Part shown: positions 21,343 through 30,835 of the stretch, piece after piece
Numbering within the stretch: position 1 is the first letter of the stretch
Layout of the letters: each line of letters starts with the position of its first letter
NCBI GenBank assembly: GCA_965222225.1
Contig: CBDCTK010000002.1
Coordinates: 3,936,001-4,000,000, forward strand
DNA length: 64,000 nt
Direction: 5' to 3'
Source: Candidatus Poribacteria bacterium
GTDB lineage: Bacteria; Poribacteria; WGA-4E; JAJDTR01
Program-made: the position numbers and the translations under genes
Notes under the pieces: model-generated
Seen by the model: only the letters and a program-made list of their open reading frames with translations
Database searches by the model: none
Told to the model about the DNA's origin: nothing

Positions 21343-21758
21343 TTTGCACAAATATCTTATAAACTTGGATTTTTGATGATGGAGCTAGACGACGGGGTGG
21401 GTCATTGAAAACCTCGCCAGCGTCGAGCGCGTCCAAACAGCACCCGTGCTTGCGCTCAAAAGGAAATTTGCCGAGTAATGTCCGCAAGATAGTAGATCGA
21501 TATCGTCAAGGAACACAAGCACATCGTATGAAGATAGCCGAAGAGATGAAACGACGATATGGACAACCGCAAAAAAGTCGATGATTTGTATCTAACCAAC
21601 GCCTAGTGCCTCTACTACAGGAGGGTTATCATTTCCAAAGGAGCACTTATTGATGATTGGAGATAAAGAATCAATACACCGTTTCTTCAATAGACAATTC
21701 CCTCTGAGGAGCGGAACTAGGGGAGTTGCCTTTCTTTTTCTCCGCCTATGGATCTTTA

Positions 21759-21983
21759 GAGCCTGTTTGAAAATTCATTTCGGGTAGAACTTTTGCCCTG
21801 AAACCGAGTATTTTCTTGAAAACTCCGTTTCTTTCTTGCGCAATCCCGTAGGGTGCGCACTGCGCACCAGCCTTTGTAAGCCCCAGCGGGGCGATAGGTG
21901 TATAGCAGGCGACCACAAAAGCATGAAAAAGCCGCACCCAAAGTGACCGAAATTGCTTTGTCACCTATTATTCAAACGGGATT
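21759..21983. mobile_element. MITE-like element (GAGCCTGTTTGAA ends) carrying REP hairpins
   Basis: The same ends bound 39195-39424; solo right ends near 29300 and 30776. Confidence 0.55.
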
Positions 21984-22085
21984 TTAGGATTTACAATCTT
22001 CAAATCACCCGCAGGTTGCATGCCGCTATTTTGATAAATCCAGTTTCGCCCATGTCTTTGTAAAGTAGTTAATCACTCCTACCCG

Positions 22086-23360
22086 TCAACCTAGCACCCG
22101 CATCGCTTCCTGATACACCTGTCGAAACGGGACGCCGTGCTTCTCGGCGATGCGTTTGCAATCCTCATACTCCGGCACAGTCTTGATTGGCTCCCCATCC
22201 ATATAGCCGCGTTTGGCGCGAACGGTTCCCCACTGTGTCCGCACCGCAATGAAGTCACGAGCCAGTTTGGATCGCTCGACAACGTGGCACCTGACCCCGA
22301 ACGTTGTGGTTTCCCTGAGAACAATTTGCATGAGGCTCTCACGAAGGTCGGATGTGGCAAGGAGGCTGAGTTTTGTCGCCGGACGCCCCTTCTTCATAAG
22401 GATTGACGTGAGGAAAACGTCAAGAGCCCCCATCTCAAACAACAACTCTGTCAGATAGCCCGAAATCTCCGGGGACATGTCATCAAGATTGGTTTCGATT
22501 AGGTAAACCTGATCGTTCTCAAGACCGCTCTCCTTTTTCTCGCCGAGACAAATTCGTAGGAGGTTTGGTTGCTCCCCAAGGTCGCGCGTGCCGGCGCCAT
22601 AACCGACTTGGTGGACGACCATCTCCGGCATAGAGCCAAACCCGCGTGCGAGTGTAGTGACAATCGCCGCCCCCGTGGGGGTCACCAACTCCTTCCGAAT
22701 TTGCGTTTGCCGCACCGCAACCCCTTTCAGCAGTTCCATCGTGCCCGGTACAGGCACAGGCATTAGACCGTGAGCGCAACGCACAAAGCCGCCCCCGAGC
22801 GCAAGCGGCGAGGCATAGAGTTCTTCAATTCCCAACAGATTCGAGCCTATGACGCATCCGACAATATCTACGATTGAATCGATGCCGCTCACCTCGTGCA
22901 GGTGTATTCGATCTTTGGGGGTATTGTGAACTTTCGCCTCCGCTTCCGCCAACCGATCAAAAATTCGTTTCGCCCGATCAATTATCGGCGTTTCGAGGTT
23001 ACTGCCCTCCAGAATAGCGAAAATGTCCGATAAATGCCGGCTGGGAGCGTACTCGTGATGGGAATGATGATGTGTTTCGTGGGCGTGGTCGTGCGAGTGG
23101 CTATGAGCATCTGTTCCCTCTGATGATCCGGCGGTCCGATTTACGTCCTCTTGCCTGCTTTCGGTCGTCCGTACAATTGCTCGCGTGCCACTAATATGGT
23201 GTTTGCTGGCTTTCACAAAATCCAAGGTGAATTCGGGGTCAAGTTTTAGCTTCGACAACTCCGCCTTCAGCACCCCCGGTTCGACGCCAACATCAACTAA
23301 CGCGCCGAGCGTCATGTCGCCGCTGATGCCCGAAAAGCAATCAAAATATGCGATTTTCAT
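22086..23360 (-). CDS. larC: Nickel pincer cofactor biosynthesis protein LarC
   Basis: YFDCFSGISGDMTLGAL, His-rich insert, HLHEV, ELVTPTGAA, ETNLDD, MKKGRP and PEYEDC motifs. Confidence 0.93.
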   Translation of the reverse strand: MKIAYFDCFSGISGDMTLGALVDVGVEPGVLKAELSKLKLDPEFTLDFVKASKHHISGTRAIVRTTESRQEDVNRTAGSSEGTDAHSHSHDHAHETHHHSHHEYAPSRHLSDIFAILEGSNLETPIIDRAKRIFDRLAEAEAKVHNTPKDRIHLHEVSGIDSIVDIVGCVIGSNLLGIEELYASPLALGGGFVRCAHGLMPVPVPGTMELLKGVAVRQTQIRKELVTPTGAAIVTTLARGFGSMPEMVVHQVGYGAGTRDLGEQPNLLRICLGEKKESGLENDQVYLIETNLDDMSPEISGYLTELLFEMGALDVFLTSILMKKGRPATKLSLLATSDLRESLMQIVLRETTTFGVRCHVVERSKLARDFIAVRTQWGTVRAKRGYMDGEPIKTVPEYEDCKRIAEKHGVPFRQVYQEAMRVLG

Positions 23361-23551
23361 ATTTTCTCCCTAGTGGCTAGAATACTCCCACTCTACCGGA
23401 TTCATCGTCATAAGTATAGCAAAACCGAGATTCATTGTCAATTGGTGAACCTGAAGTCATCGGGTCAATCGCACGTGATTCTAGCGGCGTAGCAATCTTC
23501 AACGACCAAATCTCGGATTTACCATCGTATCCTCATTCACTGCGTCTCTTC

Positions 23552-23604
23552 TGTAGGAGCGACCTCCCGGTCGCGACTTGTCGCAATCAGTGCTCGCTCC
23601 TACA
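23552..23604. repeat. GTAG-type REP-like inverted pair
   Basis: TGTAGGAGCGA...TCGCTCCTACA; relatives at 500, 14225, 29542 and 49071. Confidence 0.75.
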
Positions 23605-23804
23605 CTGGGTTTGTAACGGCGGCCTTCAATCGGAAAATACACCGTGCGTATACGGGTGCGGCTTGGATATGTCTATCCAAGCAGAGCGCGGTTGCTGAAT
23701 AGAACGCAATCCTCACCCGCCATTTATTGAAACCGGACGATGGGGGTTACGTTCTCTATTGTGCAATCCATGCGTTGTTTCAGATTTAACCGGAGGCAGG
23801 GAAC

Positions 23805-24296
23805 ATGATTAAACCTTTCCGACTGCTCGCTCTCTTGCAAGTCTTCTTGCTCGCTTCTGCTATATGGATATCAGGTTGTGGCGGTAGCAACATTGAAAAC
23901 CCCGTCAAAGAAACCGATCCGGACGAGGATTCCCTCACGTCAGGAGGCCCCGATAATCCGCATCCCCTGAATGTAAAGGTAAATGTCAGTCAGGCTGTCG
24001 TTCAACCGGGCGAAAGCGTGCAGTTAACCGCAACAGTTGACGGTGTGCAAGGCTACCGTATCCTGCTTGATTGGATCAACGTCACCGAACATGGAACGCT
24101 TTCTGTCACAAGTCCCAATAGCGCTACGTGGGTTGCTCCCACCATCTCGAGCACGGATGGCGTTCAGCTAGAGGTCATCCAATTCGTTGTTACGGTGTTT
24201 GACCGAGTCGTCTCGGTTAAAGAATCGGGAATCGATACCGACACAAAGGTTTCTACCGAGACGAAAACCATACTCCTAACCGTGGCAACGACGTAG
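23805..24296 (+). CDS. Hypothetical lipoprotein (Ig-like)
   Basis: Lipobox ISGC; SD GGAGG. Confidence 0.75.
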   Translation: MIKPFRLLALLQVFLLASAIWISGCGGSNIENPVKETDPDEDSLTSGGPDNPHPLNVKVNVSQAVVQPGESVQLTATVDGVQGYRILLDWINVTEHGTLSVTSPNSATWVAPTISSTDGVQLEVIQFVVTVFDRVVSVKESGIDTDTKVSTETKTILLTVATT

Positions 24297-24345
24297 TTGG
24301 GGTTCGCCGGATTGAAACGCACTTGGCAAATCGGCTGACTCGCTA

Positions 24346-25956
24346 ATGCGCCGAGGGTTTTCACATACTGGCGGGATAGCGTTCTGTTGCCGTCCCCTCT
24401 CGAAAACTTCCAAATCACCCAACGATACCTCTGTATTTGCACGCAATGGTCTGCCCACCGTCCCTCCACCCAATCCGAATCCGGACAAAACAGTGAAGAC
24501 GTCAACCCGTCGTCATCCATCCACCTTCAATAGTCGCAGCCTGCGGTTACGCTCACTCTATGTATGCCTCGGTGTGTGGTTGTGCTGTTCTTCCTTCTCG
24601 ACACAAGCCGATTCGCGCCCCGAGATTGGAGTAAGAGCCCTCGGCTTGAGTGGCGCGTTTATCAGTAATGCCAACGGGTCAACCGGTGCGCTATGGAATC
24701 CGGCGGGGCTCGCCAGTCTACAACACGGAAGTCTGGTCTACGACCTCTCCCAAGGCGCACTCTCGTTTGCGTTACCCCTCAGCCGATACGGCACATTGGG
24801 GCTTAGTCTGGTCGATCTCAATGGTGCGGACCGTTTCTTCATAGAAAAACCCAACAACCCGATTGGTACATTTGAGTTTGGAAACAACCAAGCCATACTT
24901 TCTTACGCTGCAAGGATCCGAAGATGGCAAATCGGCGCCAATTTTGGTTATAATCGGGCACCCTACCACGGCAGTCTGTGGATTCCGAGTTATGACTTGG
25001 GGATTGTCGGACGACTACATCCACATTGGAGGGTCGGGGCGAGCATTCGCGACATAGCTGGCGTCGTCATTACGGATGGCGACGGCATATCTCTTCAAAG
25101 TTTCGACCAACAGTTTGCCATAGGCGGCACGTGGACGCCCATTCGACAGTTGCGACTCAATAGTGCATTCAACGTCACGAACAAGGCAATGGCGATGGGC
25201 GCCGAGGTTGGGACACACGACATCGCGTTCCGGTTTGGATCAGTCTTCGATTTCGTCGCGCCGGAGCCAACGCCTCACTGGAGCCTAGGGCTTACCCTGA
25301 GTCGATGGAGCAAGCAGCTCAATTACGCCTACGTGACTCGCCCGGATCCCAATTCCAAACACCTCGTTTCGATTGGATGGACATTCGGAGGAAAACCTCA
25401 ACAGCAGCGCAAACAACAGCCGGAGCGCCGTATTTGGCCTCAGCCAGACTCGTCTGACCGGAAAAAGGGGAAGAGTAACGCCTCGATTCGACAGCTTGCG
25501 GCTCGCCATAATGTCGAGTTTGAGTTGATGCTCGCCGTGATTCGAGTGGAGTCGAACTTCAACCCCAACGCGGTTTCCAGTTCGGGGGCGGTTGGGTTAA
25601 TGCAGTTGATGCCGGGAACTGCGCGGGATCTCGGTCTTAACGTGCCCAAATATAGTAATGTCCTAAAGCCAACCCACGACGAGCGGGTAGACGAGCGTTT
25701 CGATCCACGCAAGAATATGGAGGCGGGGGTTGCGTACTTGGCAACCCAGCTAAAAAGATACGACGGCAGCTACGTTCGTACTTTGGCTGCGTATTTTGTC
25801 GGTCCCGCCAAAGTACGGGAGAGCGGCTCAATACCGCAAAGAGCCGATCGATATGCCGGCAAAGTGTTGAAACGCTATTACGAGTATAAGTCGGGCTCCG
25901 CGCTGAAGCATGCGGCACTTGCACAGTTGGAAAATCTACTTGCAAACCGCCGCTAG
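24346..25956 (+). CDS. PorV/FadL-like beta-barrel fused to a C-terminal lytic transglycosylase (SLT) domain; start uncertain
   Basis: GVRALGLSGAF...WNPAGLA barrel N-terminus; VESNFNPNAVSSSGAVGLMQLMP SLT motif. Confidence 0.8.
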   Translation: MRRGFSHTGGIAFCCRPLSKTSKSPNDTSVFARNGLPTVPPPNPNPDKTVKTSTRRHPSTFNSRSLRLRSLYVCLGVWLCCSSFSTQADSRPEIGVRALGLSGAFISNANGSTGALWNPAGLASLQHGSLVYDLSQGALSFALPLSRYGTLGLSLVDLNGADRFFIEKPNNPIGTFEFGNNQAILSYAARIRRWQIGANFGYNRAPYHGSLWIPSYDLGIVGRLHPHWRVGASIRDIAGVVITDGDGISLQSFDQQFAIGGTWTPIRQLRLNSAFNVTNKAMAMGAEVGTHDIAFRFGSVFDFVAPEPTPHWSLGLTLSRWSKQLNYAYVTRPDPNSKHLVSIGWTFGGKPQQQRKQQPERRIWPQPDSSDRKKGKSNASIRQLAARHNVEFELMLAVIRVESNFNPNAVSSSGAVGLMQLMPGTARDLGLNVPKYSNVLKPTHDERVDERFDPRKNMEAGVAYLATQLKRYDGSYVRTLAAYFVGPAKVRESGSIPQRADRYAGKVLKRYYEYKSGSALKHAALAQLENLLANRR

Positions 25957-25967
25957 TTGTGGTAGAT

Positions 25968-26080
25968 TTCAAGCGATCCAGGGAATGGATAATGACCGCG
26001 ATAGAACTCCCATAGAAATCCCGTGCGATAGAGATCCTAGGGCGATAGTAAATCCCTACAGAGATCCCCTCAACCGAGCG
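25968..26080 (+). repeat. Nested mini-element cluster
   Basis: Complete copy 25975-26011 plus several closers. Confidence 0.85.
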
Positions 26081-26169
26081 GCACGTTTCAGGATATCCCA
26101 ATCCATAGACCCTACTTTCACCCCCGATTCAAAATAGATGAATCGGTCAACTCAAAATTAGGCACGTTA

Positions 26170-26780
26170 ATGCACAATCGAATAGCGGCTGCAACTTCGG
26201 TTCTCTTCAACCCACTTCTCACGCCAATTGCGACAACTCTAATGATTGCTCTAGTGATTGCCGAAAACTACGCTGCAACCACACGCGTGATGCTGTTGTG
26301 GATGGGGATTGCTTTCACTTTTTTTCCTTATTGCCGGTCTTTTTTATCTTTATCCTCTTTCGCCTAGGGAGGGTGAGTAACCTCAACCTTGAGGTCAAAG
26401 AGCAACGCACGTTACCGTTACTCTTTGTCATAGGAGCGGCATGCATCGGGCTAGGCATTTTTTACGTAATCGGCGCCCCGCGCGAGATAATTTGGGCGGG
26501 GATCGCCTATATCGCAAACGGAGTCATCTTCGGCGCCATTACACAAGTCTGGAAAATCAGCTTCCACACCGGGGTCTTTACCGGTTGTGTCACTGTGCTT
26601 GTGCTGATTCTTCATGATGCGAGGTTTGCGTGGCTGTTTCTCTTGGTGCCACTCATTGCATGGGCGCGAGTTCGACGGAAGAGACATACGCTCGTTCAAA
26701 CGGTTGTTGGCGCACTCATTGCGCTTATCAACACCGTCGTTGTTCTTCGATTGTGTGTTGAAATCGGTTTGGGATCTTAA
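26170..26780 (+). pseudogene. PAP2-like integral membrane protein, frameshifted at a T7 run (26319-26325)
   Basis: WKISFH and WARVRRKRHT motifs; one extra T would join the two ORFs. Confidence 0.7.
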
Positions 26781-26855
26781 GGGCGGGAATGACAGGGCTA
26801 GTGTCGCGGCAATTGGGCAGGAACTGATCGCCAGAACATCGAAACTCGGTTTCCC

Positions 26856-27626
26856 TCATCTCAGCGGTGGAAGATTATCCCACTCGCAGTCGAGGCAGAA
26901 GTATCTTCCCACGCCTATTTTTTGAATCGGTCCCCCACATTTCGGACATTCCGTCTGTTTCTCCTTCTCCTTCTCCTTTTTCACTTCGTCTGGTGAGAAC
27001 ATTAGAAGTTGCTCGCCTTCCATGGCGCGTTCGGATTCTGCGGCAACACTGCTCTCAAGTGTGTCAATGATATCTTGAGCGTGAAGATTGAGCGGAGGCG
27101 GCGTGTTCGTGACCAAATCGATGAAATCGCTGCGATACACATTAATCGCACGCGACTCAACTGCCTGCCGCATAAAGAGCGTATATTTGTTCGGGGCAAT
27201 CAAGTAGGCTTCCGTATCTTGAAGTTGTGTCTTGCGGCTCACGACAAGTTCATAGTCACCGTATGTCAGGCAGTTTCCAGCGCTCGCGTTATAGATTTCA
27301 AACACTTCACGAGAACGATTCGGGGACATGAGAAGGCAGTATAGACGTTGAGGATATCGATTGAGGCGGTTCATCGGCAGAAAAATGTCGGGCTGAGCGA
27401 TGCGCTGTAAGAACCCGATAAACGCTTCATAGGCAAACTCCATTGCTTCATTCAATACTTCAGTGTCCAAACTCGCGCTCGACCTGTCCGCAAACAGAGG
27501 AAGAAACTCTCGCGAGTGCGCGTGGATGTCAACGTCGACATCAACGTTCTGTTGCTCGCTGCGCGCCGTAATTCGGCACAGGCGCTCGACCGGGTGATGA
27601 GTAACTTTTATGGTGAATGGCAGCAT
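26856..27626 (-). CDS. Hypothetical protein with C-terminal Zn ribbon
   Basis: CPKCGG...YFCLDC; start at MLPFTIK is inferred. Confidence 0.7.
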   Translation of the reverse strand: MLPFTIKVTHHPVERLCRITARSEQQNVDVDVDIHAHSREFLPLFADRSSASLDTEVLNEAMEFAYEAFIGFLQRIAQPDIFLPMNRLNRYPQRLYCLLMSPNRSREVFEIYNASAGNCLTYGDYELVVSRKTQLQDTEAYLIAPNKYTLFMRQAVESRAINVYRSDFIDLVTNTPPPLNLHAQDIIDTLESSVAAESERAMEGEQLLMFSPDEVKKEKEKEKQTECPKCGGPIQKIGVGRYFCLDCEWDNLPPLR

Positions 27627-27884
27627 GGAGTTACTGATAAGACTAATAGAAGAATGGCTGGAAAATTTCGGTGATGCTTTCCTTAAGCTAATGCGATAGT
27701 GTATCATAGCGTGTCCAGCGTGTCCAGAAAAACCCTATCTCGCATCAGGATAACTGTGCGGCGTGGTCGGGACAGATTGTCCTTGACACTGTTGTCCGGT
27801 CAAACTATAATGCCTACCCAATAATGAAACTCACGGTTATTGACCCGCTTTGATGGAGTCGATAACCGACGGAGGGATTGAAAC

Positions 27885-29099
27885 ATGCCGAAAACGGCTT
27901 GCTTGGTAGGGACATTGGATACGAAGGGTCCGGAATTTGAGTTTCTTAAGGAGCGCGTAGAGGCGAATAACGTCGCAACATTCGTCATCAACACAGGGGT
28001 TCTGGGAGATCCGTATTTTGAACCGAGTGTGTCCGCCGAGCAAGTGGCAGAGGCGGGTGGGACATCGCTGACCACACTCAGGAACGAGAGTGATCGGGGC
28101 AATAGCGTCGCCGCAATGGCGAACGGAGCCGCTCAAATTGTCGAGCGACTCAACGACGATGGAGTAATTGATGGTATCATTTCGCTCGGCGGATCCGCCG
28201 GAACAACCATCGGGACGACCGCAATGCGCGCGCTGTCCGTCGGCGTTCCGAAGTTGATGGTCTCTACGTTAGCCTCCGGCGACACTAGTCCCTATGTGGA
28301 CACGAAAGACATCGCGATGATGTATTCCGTCGTGGACATCGCGGGCGTCAATCGTCTCTCGCGCCAAATTCTGACGAACGCCGCGGGGGCGATTGCCGGT
28401 ATGATCAACGCAGTGGTGCCCGTAGCCGATGATAAACCCTTAATCGCCGCGACAATGTTTGGGGTGACAACGGCATGTGTGACCAAGGCACGCGAGATTC
28501 TTGAGGCGGCTGGGTATGAAGTTCTTGTTTTCCATGCAACGGGCACCGGCGGACGGGCAATGGAAGATTTGGTCCGGGGCGGATTTATCGTGGGCGTGCT
28601 TGATGTCACAACGACCGAGCTTGCCGATGAGTTGGTTGGCGGGGTGTTGAGCGCGGGACAGGACCGCCTTGAAGCCGCGGGGAATCAGGGAATTCCGCAG
28701 GTTATCGCCCCGGGAGCGTTAGATATGGTGAATTTCGGTCCCCCCGATACCGTGCCCGAGAAGTTTAAGGACAGGAAGTTTTACCAACACAACCCGACAA
28801 TCACCCTCATGCGCACCACCGTGGATGAGAACGCCGAGCTAGGGAAAATCATGGCGCAAAAACTTGGTCGGGCAAAGGGACCGACAACCGTGATAATACC
28901 CAAGCGGGGAGTCTCCGCAATCGACGCTCAAGGACAGCCCTTCGATTCGCCGGAAGCCAGGGCGGCGTGGACTCAGAACTTGAAGGCGAACGTGGCGGAC
29001 AATGTCACGGTGATTGAAATGGACAACAACATAAACGATGACGCCTTCGCCACACGACTTGCCGAAACATTGTTGCAAAACTTAAAGCACCAGAGTTGA
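27885..29099 (+). CDS. UPF0261 / Tm-1-like ATP-binding domain protein
   Basis: GTLDTKG, GGSAGT, ATMFGVTT, VFHATGTGG and DMVNFG motifs. Confidence 0.92.
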   Translation: MPKTACLVGTLDTKGPEFEFLKERVEANNVATFVINTGVLGDPYFEPSVSAEQVAEAGGTSLTTLRNESDRGNSVAAMANGAAQIVERLNDDGVIDGIISLGGSAGTTIGTTAMRALSVGVPKLMVSTLASGDTSPYVDTKDIAMMYSVVDIAGVNRLSRQILTNAAGAIAGMINAVVPVADDKPLIAATMFGVTTACVTKAREILEAAGYEVLVFHATGTGGRAMEDLVRGGFIVGVLDVTTTELADELVGGVLSAGQDRLEAAGNQGIPQVIAPGALDMVNFGPPDTVPEKFKDRKFYQHNPTITLMRTTVDENAELGKIMAQKLGRAKGPTTVIIPKRGVSAIDAQGQPFDSPEARAAWTQNLKANVADNVTVIEMDNNINDDAFATRLAETLLQNLKHQS

Positions 29100-29337
29100 G
29101 TTCTTAGCTCGACTTTGTACATTTGTAGGGTGGGCACCGTCCACCATTTCTTGTAGGGTGCGCACTGCGCACCAGCCTTTGTGAGCCCAAGCGGGGCGGA
29201 AGGTGTGTAGAAACGGCGATTCACTACTCATCATAAGCCCCAGAGGGGCGACAGGTAGCAACAACTCAAATACCCAAGAATCGCTTTGTTACCTCTTTTT
29301 CAAACAGGGTCTTAAGAAACCTTCGTGGTGTACTATC

Positions 29338-29474
29338 TAACCCGAGTTGCCACCTTTGTAGCACAATCTGTTAGATTGTGCTTGTGATGCGCAAACTGAC
29401 AGTTTGCGCCACGAAATCTCCGCAATTAATGAACTGTTCTCAATTAAAAACGGTGATGCATGTCTAAAATCTTG
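29338..29474. mobile_element. MITE-like repeat, truncated copy of 40637-40792
   Basis: About 135 bp nearly identical to 40637-40773. Confidence 0.75.
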
Positions 29475-29613
29475 GGCCCTTCAGAGTTAAATGTGGAAAT
29501 GAAATTAACTTAGGGCTTACGCAGTGACGCATCCAAAGGATTGTAGGAGCGATCTCCGAATCGCGACCTCCTATCGCGAGCAAAACTCGCTCCTACACAA
29601 GACGCGCAATAAA

Positions 29614-29712
29614 GGGAATTCTATCGATCAACCGACTGGATAAGGAGGGATCAAGCGTATGAATAATGAGTGCGATAGAACTCCGATAGTAAATCCCGTA
29701 CGATAGAGTTCC
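29614..29712. repeat. Nested mini-element cluster after an uninterrupted REP (29542-29597)
   Basis: Copy at 29649-29684 lies within the copy starting at 29626. Confidence 0.88.
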
Positions 29713-29942
29713 GGTAAAAATCCTTCTCCCGATCGCGACTTCCTGTGGAATCGCCAATCGTTAAATCGCCGATTTCCCTCCCGCACGCGCAAATTTGCCT
29801 TGAAACAGAATCAAGAGTTTTGATACACTTTCCCCCAACAACCAGTGTTCAAGCACCCGGATTGAAGGAGTACCAAGGGTTTTAACGCAATTCTGTTTAG
29901 TGGGAAAGACGCTCCTATGCGTTGGATTGGAGGTATACTTAG

Positions 29943-30483
29943 GATGAAACGTCAGTTCTGCATACCGTTGCTAGTCCTGTCCTGCTTCATTGCAGGCTGC
30001 AAAGCCGGCTTCATGAGTGCCCTTGTGGCACCGCAAGAGTGGAGCGAAAATTACGCGCTTCTTGAGGGAGCAACCTGCTCCGTTCCCGCAATGGCTGACG
30101 GCAATTTGGAAACCGTTGGCACAGCCAATCAACATTGGATCGTTGTTACCTTGCCAACCCGCAAACCGATTCACCGGATAGTCATTCGGGAAACAAATAT
30201 TGAAGATTTGATTATTTATGAGAATATCGGCGGAGAAGGGGAGTGGAAAAGAATCGACAAGATTAATAATAACCGTAAATCAACGATTGACATGCGAGTC
30301 AGCGTGGTGACAGACGGCATCCGATTCAAGATTGGAGAAACCTCCGACGACAAACGACTTGCAGGGGATTTCTCCTACCAAGAAAGCAGGGTAAAAAACC
30401 GACAAGTCAAGCGCGGCTACCCTACCGCACAAGAGATCGAACTCTACGGGTTTGTGCAAAAAAAGACCTCTAGCGACGAGTAA
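29943..30483 (+). CDS. Hypothetical lipoprotein (discoidin-like?)
   Basis: Lipobox IAGC; ends EIELYG. Confidence 0.7.
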
Positions 30484-30835
30484 ATCCTCAAGTCAAATCA
30501 TCGTAACTGTTTAGTTCAGTTAATAGAAGCGATAAAAGGGTGTCCCATCAGGGCAATGGCACCTGATTCTAGAGGATCCGCGATCATCAAATCGCAGATG
30601 GAATTCCCCGACGATCGCCAAATCACCGATTTCCCTTTTCTCTTTGCACGAGAATCAAAAGCCCCAGCGGGGCGACAGGTGTATAGAAACGTGGATTCAC
30701 CACACACCAAAGCCCCAGAGGGGCGGCAGATGGATAGAAACTTAAATGGCCGAAAAATGGCTTTTCTTCCTAAATTCAAACAGGCTCTAAACAGTTACAA
30801 TTCATCGAATGCGTCAAGGTCTCGGGGAGTGAGGG

